Positions 1-8,858 of a stretch of DNA of 45,013 nt are shown here, piece by piece. The notes beneath the pieces are model-generated. The model worked only from the letters and a program-made list of their open reading frames with translations, did not search any database and had not been told where the DNA came from. The stretch's first letter is position 1. Each line of letters opens with the position of its first letter. The DNA comes from a virus (Duplodnaviria; Caudoviricetes). Position numbers and translations under genes: made by a program. The stretch spans positions 1 to 45,013 of IMG/VR virus record IMGVR_UViG_3300037458_000563, one strand, 5' to 3'.

Positions 1-2101
1 GAACCCGCTGCCCTTGAATCCGACGTAGGTCCGGCCCTCCACGTTCTCATCTCCAGAGACGCACACGGGCCAGTCGAGCGAGCCCAGCGGGTAAGGGCCG
101 ATGCTCGTCCATGTCGCGCAGTTGTCGTCACTGCGGTACACGCCGTATGTCCCACTGAGCCAGCCGATCACATGAACGCTCGGATACGAGCCGCCGGATG
201 GAGTCTTGCCGAAGCCAACGTCGTACACTTCCAGCAGGTTCGACACTGCAGACCAAGACTCGCCCCCGTCCGTCGAGCGCATCAGGTACGCGCCGGACGC
301 CGGGTTGGTCGGGCCACCGACATGACCGGGTGTCCAGAATAGGTGGCCCGCCTTGCCTGGAACGGCTTTCAGTTTCCCGTTCCAGTGGTCCATGCCGTAT
401 GTAGTCAGCCTTGACGAATAGACCCGCGTCCACGTTGCGCCGCCGTTGGTGCTTCTGAAGACAGATGGGCTCGTCTCGCCGTTGTGGTAGGCGTAGAAGG
501 TGCCAGTCGTGACCCGATCCGCACAGACGATGTGCCGGTCGATGAAAAGCTGCTCGTCGAAGCCGCCCCAACCCTGCGTCGATGAGTCGTCGACGAACGG
601 GCTGGGAAACGAAAGCTTGGTCCACGACGTGCCCCCGTTCGTCGTGTAGTAGCCCGCCTTGCTCGCGTTGGACATCCACACCCAGTTCGTCGTGGTACTT
701 ACCGCAATGTGCCCGCCCCCGTTCGTGCCCGACCACGCCGGGACAGCCGCGAACTTCGTCCACGTTGCGCCGCCATCGGTCGAATAGCTGGACTCTTCGT
801 CGCTGAACCAGTTGGCGTCTGCGACTATGAAGCTGGTGTCATTCACGGCGTGTTCGACGCTGTAGCCCTTGATGATGGAGTGGTCCCGGTTCGTGCCGTG
901 GGTCGAGGGGAACGTGTCGGGGTCCGTGATGCGGAATATGGGTCTGTCCCATGCTGCGGCGAAGAGCGCTCCGCCCGGCACGCTCCACAGCCAACTGGCG
1001 ACAAGTTGCTCGATGCCCGTGCTCTGCGAAGTCCACGCGGTCGGCTCGGCGTCGACGTTGTCGGTGTACCAGACGCCGATCCCCTGCGCCAGCCACACCC
1101 GACCGGACGTGACTGGGTCGGGCACGATGACTGCGGTGGACATGTAGTCCTCATTCGTCCACGCCAGCCACGGGATGTCCGTCGCGGTGCGAGTTGGGTA
1201 CCACCCCTTAAAGCTCCACGTTGATCCGCCGTTGGTGGACACGGCAAACGAGCCGGCATCGACTACGGCCACTACCTTCGTGTTGTCGGAGGGCATCACG
1301 AGTACCGAGGCCGTGCGGTTCTGGAATCCGCTGGTGTCAAGATTCGTCCACGACCCGCCGCTGTACTTGGCGAGCGTCGTTCCGCTGACGCAGTAGTAGA
1401 CGCCCGAGGTGTTCCCGCAGTAGCCCGCCTGACAGGAGGTCAGTGTCGAGGAAATGCGCGTCCACGTTTCCCCGGCATCCGCGCTACGCCATACACCATT
1501 TCCGTAGCTGCCCGCGTAAATCACGTTGGTCCGGCCGCTGGTCGTGCCGCTCGTCCGGTCGAACGCGATTCCGCAGTGACCGGCCGTCGCGCCAGCAGTC
1601 ACTCCCGACACGGCAGACCACGTCGTCCCGCCGTCCAGCGTGCGGAACAAGCCGTTCGACACTGTCCCCGCGTACACCACGTCAGGGTTAGCTGGGTCCA
1701 CGGCCATCTTGCCCGCATACGTCCTATAGTTATCGTTCGCGTCGAGGTTTGACCTATAGGTGAACGCCGTGCGGGTGAAGGAGCCGCCGCCGTTCGTGCT
1801 CTTGTAGAGGTAGCCGCCCCAGATCAGGTAAATCCTGTCGGAGTCGCTCGGCGCAATGGCGATCGAGTACACTCCTCCCGCGTTGTCGCCTGGCGCTCCG
1901 TAGTAGGAGGCGTCGAGCTTGGTCGACGTGATGAGTTGCTCCCACTCAGTCCCGGTCCAGACGTATCCGCCGTAGGTGTCCGTGCGGATCACCCTGGTCC
2001 CGTCGTCGGCGATCGATATGCCGGTGATGAAACCTCCGGCCCCGATCCTGAGCGGCTTCCAGCCGGGCGCACCAGCGGGAGCCCTGAGTCCGACAGTGAC
2101 G
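1..2101. repeat. Imperfect terminal direct repeat, left copy
   Basis: Aligns by eye to 42919..45013. The first 93 nt are identical, followed by many mostly synonymous substitutions and two one-codon indels. Confidence 0.95.
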
Positions 2102-2109
2102 CTTCTCAT
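1..2109 (-). CDS. GH74 (xyloglucanase)-like BNR/Asp-box double beta-propeller protein, copy 1 (3' end runs off the window)
   Basis: Not in the ORF track because it has no stop inside the window. ATG at 2109 gives MRSVTVGLRAPAGAPGWKPLRIGAGGFITGISIADDGTRVIRTDTYGG..., with many SxDGGxTW Asp-boxes, and stays in frame to base 1. Collinear with the copy at 42901..45013. Confidence 0.85.
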   Translation of the reverse strand, partial: MRSVTVGLRAPAGAPGWKPLRIGAGGFITGISIADDGTRVIRTDTYGGYVWTGTEWEQLITSTKLDASYYGAPGDNAGGVYSIAIAPSDSDRIYLIWGGYLYKSTNGGGSFTRTAFTYRSNLDANDNYRTYAGKMAVDPANPDVVYAGTVSNGLFRTLDGGTTWSAVSGVTAGATAGHCGIAFDRTSGTTSGRTNVIYAGSYGNGVWRSADAGETWTRISSTLTSCQAGYCGNTSGVYYCVSGTTLAKYSGGSWTNLDTSGFQNRTASVLVMPSDNTKVVAVVDAGSFAVSTNGGSTWSFKGWYPTRTATDIPWLAWTNEDYMSTAVIVPDPVTSGRVWLAQGIGVWYTDNVDAEPTAWTSQSTGIEQLVASWLWSVPGGALFAAAWDRPIFRITDPDTFPSTHGTNRDHSIIKGYSVEHAVNDTSFIVADANWFSDEESSYSTDGGATWTKFAAVPAWSGTNGGGHIAVSTTTNWVWMSNASKAGYYTTNGGTSWTKLSFPSPFVDDSSTQGWGGFDEQLFIDRHIVCADRVTTGTFYAYHNGETSPSVFRSTNGGATWTRVYSSRLTTYGMDHWNGKLKAVPGKAGHLFWTPGHVGGPTNPASGAYLMRSTDGGESWSAVSNLLEVYDVGFGKTPSGGSYPSVHVIGWLSGTYGVYRSDDNCATWTSIGPYPLGSLDWPVCVSGDENVEGRTYVGFKGSGF

Positions 2110-2167
2110 GCTTTGGTCCCTCGGGGGCGCAGGGACAACCCCCACGCCCCCGAGAAGGTCAGCTAGA

Positions 2168-2638
2168 TCACGGGAAGCCAGTGGCGTCGGTCGCCGTGAT
2201 CGTGAGAATACCCGCCGAGTCCCAGGTGATCTGGAACGTCCCCGACGAGGACGACACGTCCGCGCCGAAGTCCACCCACGCGAGAAGGGGGGAGGTGCTC
2301 GCCGAGCCGGTGTCCTTGTAGATCACCGCCCGCCGCGCCGTGATCGTGGAGGTCGTCCACGACGTGTCCGCCGCGTCGAACTTCACGACGTTGTTGGTGT
2401 TCGCGAGCGTCTTGCTGCCGAGCGTCGCCCCGCCCGAGGTGTACCCGTTGCCGTTGGCGACCTCGTTGGTCACGTCGTCGAAGAAATCGTGGGTGTCCTG
2501 ATTGGGGGTGTAGCTCGACGTGGTGAGCGCCACCTTGATCGTGTCCGATAGGAAGTCGATCGCGTACGACTCCCCGGACGAGTCCCCGCCGAAGGCGTTG
2601 ACGAGGCCCTGTGCGTACCAGTACGCCGTGACTGCCAT
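2168..2638 (-). CDS. Phage virion/fibre-associated structural protein
   Basis: 156 aa, Thr/Ser-rich. The IDFLSDTIKVAL...GYTSGG...FDAAD..W...GTFQITW pattern is typical of phage tail/fibre base proteins. RBS GAGGAG. Confidence 0.75.
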   Translation of the reverse strand: MAVTAYWYAQGLVNAFGGDSSGESYAIDFLSDTIKVALTTSSYTPNQDTHDFFDDVTNEVANGNGYTSGGATLGSKTLANTNNVVKFDAADTSWTTSTITARRAVIYKDTGSASTSPLLAWVDFGADVSSSSGTFQITWDSAGILTITATDATGFP

Positions 2639-2641
2639 GCT

Positions 2642-2869
2642 CTACTCCTCGTGCGTCTGTGCCGGGGGTGGCGTTGGCAGCGAGCCCCGACCGTTGATCT
2701 GGCGCTGAAGTCGTTCCAGCGCGAAACGAAGTCCGGTGAGGTGGCGCAGCGCCTGCTCGACCGTGCGGCCCACCTCCTCCCGCTCGTCGTCCTGCTGCGG
2801 GGACGGGGGGATAGGCGTGATCACGCGGGCCGGGACGGCGTGGATGACGGCGTCTCGACTCTCTCTCAC
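2642..2869 (-). CDS. Hypothetical protein
   Basis: GTG start overlaps the upstream TGA and the ORF fills the gap in the operon. Confidence 0.5.
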   Translation of the reverse strand: MRESRDAVIHAVPARVITPIPPSPQQDDEREEVGRTVEQALRHLTGLRFALERLQRQINGRGSLPTPPPAQTHEE

Positions 2870-3273
2870 GTGCCCCCCCCCGTGTGCGTGCACCCCGGCC
2901 CGGCGAGGCACGGCCGGTCGTCGAGGCGAGCTTCGATCGAGCCCAGGTGCACCCGCAGGCCGGCCATCTCGGCCCGAACGGTGTCGGTGATCTGGCGTGC
3001 GAGCTCGGCGCCGGCCATCCGTAGCGCTGCGGAAACGAGCCGCTCCTGGGCCTCGGCTCGCTCGACGAGCACCGTCACGTTGCTGCCGATCTCTGCCACG
3101 TGCTCGGTCAGTCGCTCGATGCGAGGCTGCATGCGCTCCTGCTCGACGAGACGGCGTTCGTGGTTGTTGTGCTGGTCGACGAGCCGCCGGATGTCCGCCC
3201 CCTGTTTCTGGAGCTCGGCCCGGACGGCGGCGAGCGCGTGCATGATGTCCGTGTTCGTCGCGTAGCCGCTCAC
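2866..3273 (-). CDS. Coiled-coil hypothetical protein (lysis region)
   Basis: GTGA-coupled start (MSGYATNTDIMHAL...) with a heptad pattern. Confidence 0.6.
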   Translation of the reverse strand: MSGYATNTDIMHALAAVRAELQKQGADIRRLVDQHNNHERRLVEQERMQPRIERLTEHVAEIGSNVTVLVERAEAQERLVSAALRMAGAELARQITDTVRAEMAGLRVHLGSIEARLDDRPCLAGPGCTHTGGGT

Positions 3274-3623
3274 TCGGAGGCCTCCTCGGGGCGGACTCGT
3301 GCCGTGGTTCTCATTCGGCTGAGGCTCACCCGCTCGTCGAGGCGCGCGTGGGCCACCTCGAGCGCCTGCTGCTGCACGACCACGTTGTCGACGCGGGCGT
3401 GGGCCGCCTGGGCCTGGCGCAGTGCCTCCTGCGCGAGCTGGCGGTTCGCGACACTCTCGTCCCGCCAGGTCTGCACGGCGCTTGTCAGCCCCCGCTGCTG
3501 CTCGTCGGCGCGCTCCTCGTTCCGCTTCGCCTGGGCGCGCAGGGTCGCCCATCCCATCGCGAAGGCGACGAGCAGCCCGCCCAGCTTGATCAACAGGTCG
3601 AGGTCGAGCGGGGGCGGCGTCAT
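3270..3623 (-). CDS. Membrane-anchored coiled-coil protein (holin/spanin-like)
   Basis: N-terminal TM segment LLIKLGGLLVAFAMGWA followed by a coiled coil; ATGA coupling. Confidence 0.6.
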   Translation of the reverse strand: MTPPPLDLDLLIKLGGLLVAFAMGWATLRAQAKRNEERADEQQRGLTSAVQTWRDESVANRQLAQEALRQAQAAHARVDNVVVQQQALEVAHARLDERVSLSRMRTTARVRPEEASE

Positions 3624-3802
3624 CGTGTCGCCCTGGCCGTGGTACTGGTGGCCTCGTAGCGCAGCCGCTGGACGGAGGGCCCGCACGGGTGGCGGAGGTG
3701 GTCCCGCACCGCCTCGAGGAGGCGGACGTAGGCCCGCGCCTGAGCTTCCCGGCGCCGCTGCTCGTCGGCGGCGCGGATCACCTCTGCGATGGCGCGGGCC
3801 AT
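3620..3802 (-). CDS. Hypothetical protein
   Basis: MARAIAEVIRAADEQRRR..., tightly packed between neighbouring genes. Confidence 0.45.
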   Translation of the reverse strand: MARAIAEVIRAADEQRRREAQARAYVRLLEAVRDHLRHPCGPSVQRLRYEATSTTARATR

Positions 3803-3807
3803 GCGCC

Positions 3808-4191
3808 CTACAGCATCCCCTTCGTCGGCGTCACCGGGGACAGGCCCTTCGGGAGGGTCGTGGCGACCTCCCGGAGCCAGGTGGCCGCGGTCGAGGCGAG
3901 GGCTGCGAGCAGTGGGTCGGCGGGCGGGTGCCCGACCAGCCACGCGACGCCGTAGTTGACGCCGATCCCGAGCACCGGCACGGCGAAGAGGACCACGTTC
4001 GCGGGGATCTTCGAGAGGAGGAGCTTCACCCCCCAGACCACGAACGCGGTCGCGATCGATCCGAGAGCGAGGATCGCGGCGGAGCCGGCGGCGACGGGGT
4101 CCGGCATTGGCCCGGGGGCGACCTGGGCGAGCGCGAGGCTCGCCGCGACGGCGAGCATGAGCACGGCGACGGCTGCGGCGCGACGGATCAT
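3808..4191 (-). CDS. Putative holin / multi-pass membrane protein
   Basis: Strong RBS AAGGAGG, a signal-like N-terminus plus about 3 hydrophobic helices, downstream of the endolysin. Confidence 0.6.
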   Translation of the reverse strand: MIRRAAAVAVLMLAVAASLALAQVAPGPMPDPVAAGSAAILALGSIATAFVVWGVKLLLSKIPANVVLFAVPVLGIGVNYGVAWLVGHPPADPLLAALASTAATWLREVATTLPKGLSPVTPTKGML

Positions 4192-4202
4192 CTTGACCTC
4201 CT

Positions 4203-4532
4203 TCACAGGGACCACCGGAACGCGGCCTGCGCGTTCCAGTCGCCCGACCACTTGCGGGTGCCCGTGATCGTCCACTTCAGGTCGCCCACGGGCACGTTGA
4301 GCCGCCCGACCACGGCGACGCTCGCCCCGTCGCGGTCGACGTAGCCGATGGCGACGACGCGCTCTTCGGGCTTCATCACCGCGACCTGCCGGTCGATCGA
4401 AGCGTTCACCGCGGCGACGTCGAACTGCTGGACGTCTGGGGCGCCCGACTGTTTCACGACGGTCACGAGGCGCGCTGGGACGTCCACGACGACCGGCTTC
4501 GCCTCGGCCCGGATTCTCTCAATGCTGCCCAC
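4203..4532 (-). CDS. Hypothetical protein
   Basis: GGGGAGG RBS before GTG; beta-rich C-terminus ending AAFRWSL. Confidence 0.6.
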   Translation of the reverse strand: MGSIERIRAEAKPVVVDVPARLVTVVKQSGAPDVQQFDVAAVNASIDRQVAVMKPEERVVAIGYVDRDGASVAVVGRLNVPVGDLKWTITGTRKWSGDWNAQAAFRWSL

Positions 4533-4722
4533 GGCGCCCCTCCCCTGCCACCTGGCGGACGCCTTGCGGCATGCCGCCGTGGCCTCTCCCGGCCCCAGCC
4601 TGTCTTCGACGATGGCGCGCATCGTCACCACGACAGCGCGTCCTGCAGCCAGCCGTACCAGATGAGCACCAGGAGCGCCGCGAAGATGACGATCCCGAGC
4701 GCTGCGTCCGCGAGGCGGGCTT

Positions 4723-6123
4723 TCAGCGTTCGATCCACAGCTCGCCGCCCTGCGCGTTGGAGCACTTGTCCTCGCCGTTCGCCGTGGCGAAGGTGCAGCG
4801 GAGCCGAGCCTTCCCACGCCCCGTCACCGTTACGCCGTACCCGCGGTGGCTGACCTTGATCCCGAGGTCGCCCTCGACATCAGTGAGCCACCACTGGATC
4901 TGAGAGCCCATCGCTGACTGCTCGCATGGCTCCCTGAAGGGGTCCCCCTCGGGGCGCACGGGGCACAGGGAGCGGTCGGAGTCGATGCTGCGGCAGTAGG
5001 TGAAGTTCTGCACGAGCGGCGTCGCGTCGTAGTAGTCGGTCCCGTGAGGCTTGACCCGGATCACGGTTGGCACCGGGACCTCGAAGGGGCAGTCACCGCC
5101 CCCCATCCCCTCACAGCCCTTCTGCCAAAGCGCGAGCGTGTCGCTCATCTCGTCCTTGTGGGTCCCGCCGCGCCAGTACCACCAGGTCGCGGCGCCGTTC
5201 TCTCGAGCCGCGCACCACAGCGCGTGCTCCTGATCCGGCAAGAATGGCGGGTTGCGCTCGTTGTTCATCCGGTGCTTCCCGTAGTACGGCCCCGAGACGC
5301 CCGCACGCTGGTGAGTCACGGTGTAGTCGATGCGCGGGTCGGACTCCACGTCCGCGTGACCGCTATTCGTCCCGAAGAGGTGGACGACTCCGCACCCGAG
5401 CTCCTGCTCGGCCTCGCGGATCACGTCTCGGATGGCAAAGGACCACGCTGGCTTGTACGAGGCGTTGATGCCGATCTCGTTCCCGTCCTGCCAGATGACG
5501 TTCCCGAAACAGCCCACCTCGTCCACGATCTTCCGCAGCCAGTCCCGATGGGTCGGCGTGAGCGTGTTCGCGCAGGCGTTGAGGTCAGCCGCGCTCCAGG
5601 GGTGCGGCACCGATCCGGGGTCGCCCTTCGGGGTCGCGTGCCGACACTGCCATCCGTCGATCAGGTCCACCTCGACGACGGCTCCGCGCTGGCCCGCACG
5701 CTCGACGATGCGCCTGACCTTCGCCCACCACGCTGGGTTGAACCCCTTGGCCGGGTCGTCGTCGATGTAGGCCGAGCTACCGGCGTTCAGACCGTTCGGC
5801 CACTTGTCGTCCCGCGTGAAAGGCCCCAGCCTGATGTGGAAGGCGTCGGCCCCGTACTGCAAGGCGTAGTCCATCCCGGCGTCGTCGATCCCGGGCCAGC
5901 CCATGTGATCGACTTCCTCGCCGTCCCAGCAGGGCACAAAGCCGAAGGGCTTCCACGGCTGTCCACCCTTCATTAGCGTCCCGCCGGCCTCCTGGCGCAC
6001 GAGGAGGTTCAGGAACTTCGCCTCCTTGACGGGAGGCGGCGGGGGCTCGGGCGGCTTCGGGGGACGCTTCGGAGTGCAGGCCGCGACGAGGGCGAGGCAG
6101 AGGGCAACAGCGAGAGCTCGCAT
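4723..6123 (-). CDS. Lipoprotein with glycoside hydrolase clan-A-like (GH5/DUF4038-like) TIM barrel
   Basis: Lipobox MRALAVALCLALVAAC, Pro-rich linker, NVIWQDGNE acid/base-like motif, Cys-rich C-terminus. Confidence 0.65.
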   Translation of the reverse strand: MRALAVALCLALVAACTPKRPPKPPEPPPPPVKEAKFLNLLVRQEAGGTLMKGGQPWKPFGFVPCWDGEEVDHMGWPGIDDAGMDYALQYGADAFHIRLGPFTRDDKWPNGLNAGSSAYIDDDPAKGFNPAWWAKVRRIVERAGQRGAVVEVDLIDGWQCRHATPKGDPGSVPHPWSAADLNACANTLTPTHRDWLRKIVDEVGCFGNVIWQDGNEIGINASYKPAWSFAIRDVIREAEQELGCGVVHLFGTNSGHADVESDPRIDYTVTHQRAGVSGPYYGKHRMNNERNPPFLPDQEHALWCAARENGAATWWYWRGGTHKDEMSDTLALWQKGCEGMGGGDCPFEVPVPTVIRVKPHGTDYYDATPLVQNFTYCRSIDSDRSLCPVRPEGDPFREPCEQSAMGSQIQWWLTDVEGDLGIKVSHRGYGVTVTGRGKARLRCTFATANGEDKCSNAQGGELWIER

Positions 6124-6260
6124 CGGGTGGGGACCTCCATGCGGTACGTCTCCCCGGCGGGGAGCGAAACCGGGGGCTGGGCTTGCCCCCCGCCGGGGAC
6201 CGGGAGGACTCACGGGGGATACGCCCGCAGGGGAGGGGTGCCCCGAGGCAGGCGGGTGAG

Positions 6261-6815
6261 TCATGCCATCTGCCAGCGGCCCGCTTTCATCGCGAGCCGG
6301 AAGAGCCTGTTACGCCAGCCGAGGAGCGAGGACCCGTGCTTCGCCGGGTCGGCGCGTGCGAGCCACTCGTACTCGGACAGCCGCTCCGAGAGCAGCCGCA
6401 CGATGAGCTCCGACTGCGGCATCGCCATCTTCGCCGCGCTGACCGTGATGGGGCCAATCACGCCGTCCACGACCTCTAGGCGCAGCGCCTTCTGGAGCAT
6501 CTTCGCGGCGCGGGTCACGCCCTGGTTCACAGCGGCGTCGAAGACCACGAGGCTCAGCGCGGGAGGGAGGTCGTAGCCGCGGACGGGGCGCCAGAAGTCC
6601 TCGTGGTAGAGCGTCTCCGCTCGCTCACGGGTCAGGTGCTCGATGTCGAGCGTGGGGTAGGCGCGTTGGCTGATCCCCCAGCGCGTGCGACCGCCCTGGT
6701 CTGAGATCAGCTTGCCCCCGCCCTCGAGGGCATCGACCACGAAGCGGCAGGCGTCACGGAAGACGCTGCGCTCGGCTGTCGTCTCGGTCGTCGCGCTGCC
6801 GGCCGCCCCATCCAA
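6261..6815 (-). CDS. Endolysin, glycoside hydrolase family 108 with peptidoglycan-binding C-terminus
   Basis: EGG...DQGGRTRWGIS, FDAAVNQG, LQKAL...DGVIGPIT and GWRNR motifs. Confidence 0.9.
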   Translation of the reverse strand: MDGAAGSATTETTAERSVFRDACRFVVDALEGGGKLISDQGGRTRWGISQRAYPTLDIEHLTRERAETLYHEDFWRPVRGYDLPPALSLVVFDAAVNQGVTRAAKMLQKALRLEVVDGVIGPITVSAAKMAMPQSELIVRLLSERLSEYEWLARADPAKHGSSLLGWRNRLFRLAMKAGRWQMA

Positions 6816-6907
6816 TCCCGGACCCCTCCCTTCAGGAGTAAGGTCCGGGCGCTTGCCGCAGTCGCTACCCGGGTCGCCCTTCCCACCGCCGTCGTGGGCG
6901 CAGGACG

Positions 6908-7096
6908 TTACGTCTCAGCTATTGTCTCACGCTGGTCAAGCAGATCGCACGCGCTCAACCCCTCGACGCGCTCCGTCTCCAGCCGCTCCGTACCGGCACG
7001 GTCCCGCGACAGACGCAGCAGGATCGCCGCCGGCCCACGGCTGCGCCGGATCAACTCCCGCGCCGCCTCGAGCTCGCGCAGGACCGGGTCCGTCAC
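6908..7096 (-). CDS. Hypothetical protein
   Basis: GTGA-coupled small ORF. Confidence 0.5.
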   Translation of the reverse strand: MTDPVLRELEAARELIRRSRGPAAILLRLSRDRAGTERLETERVEGLSACDLLDQRETIAET

Positions 7097-7284
7097 GCCT
7101 TCGCCACCTGGGGTTTGACCCGCGAGGAGCCTACCACCGCGAGGGGGGCGCCGATGCGGCACGAGGGGCAGATGTCGGGCTCGGACTGGTCGAGGGCGTA
7201 CCAGACTCGGCCGCAGCCGGGGCGGGGGCAGACTCGGCGCTTGGCCTTGGAGCGGCCGTCGCGGAGTGGAACGGCTCCGGTCAC
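7093..7284 (-). CDS. Small zinc-ribbon protein
   Basis: CPRPGC...CPSC; GTGA coupling. Confidence 0.6.
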   Translation of the reverse strand: MTGAVPLRDGRSKAKRRVCPRPGCGRVWYALDQSEPDICPSCRIGAPLAVVGSSRVKPQVAKA

Positions 7285-7466
7285 AGACCCGCCTTTCGCT
7301 TGGCCACGCTCACCTCTCGGGCCGTGATGAGGGCGGCGCAGAAGGCAACCCACACGGAGCGCAGTCTGCCGTCCCCGATGTTGCGGCTGAGGCGGTAGGA
7401 GTAGGCGAAGCATGATCGTGCCGCCCGCGCTTTGACCGCCCATGACTTCAGTCGGTAGCTCATCAC
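7281..7466 (-). CDS. Hypothetical protein
   Basis: Starts at the repeated GGAGGTGAGTGATG junction. Confidence 0.5.
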   Translation of the reverse strand: MMSYRLKSWAVKARAARSCFAYSYRLSRNIGDGRLRSVWVAFCAALITAREVSVAKRKAGL

Positions 7467-7714
7467 TCACCTCCCCGCAGGGCGGCGCGGGCTTGCTTGT
7501 ACAGCGGCTCGCAGACGCAGGACTCCTCGGTCACATCGCCCATCTTGCCGTCGATGACCGGGACGCACAGGCCAGAATGCTTGGCGTACCTCTCAACCAT
7601 CGCCCGCAGCGCCTCCCGAAGCCGCGCCACCTCGGCCTCGGCGGCGAGGGCACGACGCTCCCATTCCGATTTCGTCTGGTAGGACTTGGCGTGCCGCTTC
7701 GATGACGTGCTCAT
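7463..7714 (-). CDS. Hypothetical protein (AALRGGE cassette family)
   Basis: Contains AEAEVARLR and ends ARAALRGGE. Confidence 0.6.
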   Translation of the reverse strand: MSTSSKRHAKSYQTKSEWERRALAAEAEVARLREALRAMVERYAKHSGLCVPVIDGKMGDVTEESCVCEPLYKQARAALRGGE

Positions 7715-7717
7715 TAC

Positions 7718-8368
7718 TCACCTCCCCCCACGCGGATGCAAGCTGCGGACGTAGGTGGTAGACCCCTCGGTGACCACGTTGGACTCCCGCAGGGCGGCGC
7801 ATTCTGGACGCTCGCAGTTGACCATCAGCGCCTTGATACCCAGACGCTCTCCGTCCTCGGGCGGCAGGAGCGCCCATGCCCCCTGCAACATCCGATGGGC
7901 TTCGGTCAGCGCCTCCTCCAGCGTGCGGACGCTGGCCGTCAGGGCACCACAGGTCCGGTTGTAGCGGTCGCGCTCCTTTCGCAGCCGCGCCACCTCGGCC
8001 TCGGCCTTGAGCGTCCTCTCCCTCGGCCAATCAGCACAGCTAACGTGCGCGTCCTCTATGGCCCGCAGCCGCTCCACCTCCCCAGTCAGGGCGAGGATGG
8101 CCTTGTGGCTGCGCTCCACCTCGGCCTCGGCTTTCTCTGCGCGGGCCTCTTCGGCCTCCCACAACGCCTTGTAGTCGTTCTGGGAGTCCTCTCGCAGCCG
8201 ATCCACCTCGGCTAGCACCTCGCGGATGGCGTCGATCCGCCTCTCTCTCAGCGATGCTGAGAGAAACAGCACGTCGTAGCCAATGCTGTTGACATTGACT
8301 TCGCGTTTTACGGGTGCCTCGACCAACGCATCACGCAGGTTCTCCAGCATTTCGCGGGCGTCCATCAC
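7718..8368 (-). CDS. Coiled-coil hypothetical protein (Ead/Ea22-like character)
   Basis: Contains AEAEVARLR and VRTLEEAL modules; strong RBS. Confidence 0.65.
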   Translation of the reverse strand: MMDAREMLENLRDALVEAPVKREVNVNSIGYDVLFLSASLRERRIDAIREVLAEVDRLREDSQNDYKALWEAEEARAEKAEAEVERSHKAILALTGEVERLRAIEDAHVSCADWPRERTLKAEAEVARLRKERDRYNRTCGALTASVRTLEEALTEAHRMLQGAWALLPPEDGERLGIKALMVNCERPECAALRESNVVTEGSTTYVRSLHPRGGR

Positions 8369-8613
8369 TCACCTCCCCGTAGGGCGGCGCGGGCGCTATG
8401 AATCAACCGGACGAGGCGGTTGTAGTGCTCTACGGCTCGCGCATCGCGGCACACCTCGGCTCGCACGGCAGATTCGATCACTAGGCTCAGCGTGTCCCAC
8501 TCTCGCAGCGCCTCCTCCAGCGTGCGGACGCGGGCCTCGGCGGCGAGCATCCGCTCTCCCAGCTCCCCGCGAGTCTTGATGCACTCTCGCAGGAGTTCGC
8601 GGTCGTCCATCAC
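8365..8613 (-). CDS. Hypothetical protein (AALRGGE cassette family)
   Basis: Contains ARVRTLEEAL and ends ARAALRGGE. Confidence 0.6.
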   Translation of the reverse strand: MMDDRELLRECIKTRGELGERMLAAEARVRTLEEALREWDTLSLVIESAVRAEVCRDARAVEHYNRLVRLIHSARAALRGGE

Positions 8614-8858
8614 TCACCTCCTCGCAGGGCGGCGCTGATGATGGCCGGGATGTCGCATAGGGCTGCGAAGTAGTCGCCAGTACGACGAGCATCGGCAGCG
8701 CGCTGCGTCACACTATCCAGCGCCTCCTCCAGCGTGCGGACGCGGGCCAGCAGCACAGCCACGTCAGCCTGTATCGCCTTGGGCACATACCAGCCTTCGT
8801 AGCCCCGCCCGGCAGCTACGTCGGTCAGTCGGTCCAAAGCACGGCCAGCGTCAGTCAT
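8610..8858 (-). CDS. Hypothetical protein (AALRGGE cassette family)
   Basis: ATGA-coupled to NinG; contains ARVRTLEEAL and ends AALRGGE. Confidence 0.6.
   Translation of the reverse strand: MTDAGRALDRLTDVAAGRGYEGWYVPKAIQADVAVLLARVRTLEEALDSVTQRAADARRTGDYFAALCDIPAIISAALRGGE

Larger units (their letters stand above)
7461..8748. repeat. Dispersed direct repeats at gene junctions and inside small genes
   Basis: CATCACTCACCTCC(C/T)CG(C/T)AGGGCGGCGC at 7461, 8363 and 8608 (partial at 7712). CAGCGCCTCCTCCAGCGTGCGGACGC at 7907, 8506 and 8718. AGCCGCGCCACCTCGGCCTCGGC at 7620 and 7983. Confidence 0.9.

Noticed and set aside
1-2101. Diversity-generating retroelement TR/VR pair
   Set aside because: Differences are not adenine-specific, are mostly synonymous, and span 2 kb; there is no reverse transcriptase.
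2120-2154. Intrinsic terminator upstream of the GH74-like gene
   Set aside because: The CTCGGGGGCG/CGCCCCCGAG hairpin is real but has no adjacent U-tract, so its function is uncertain.
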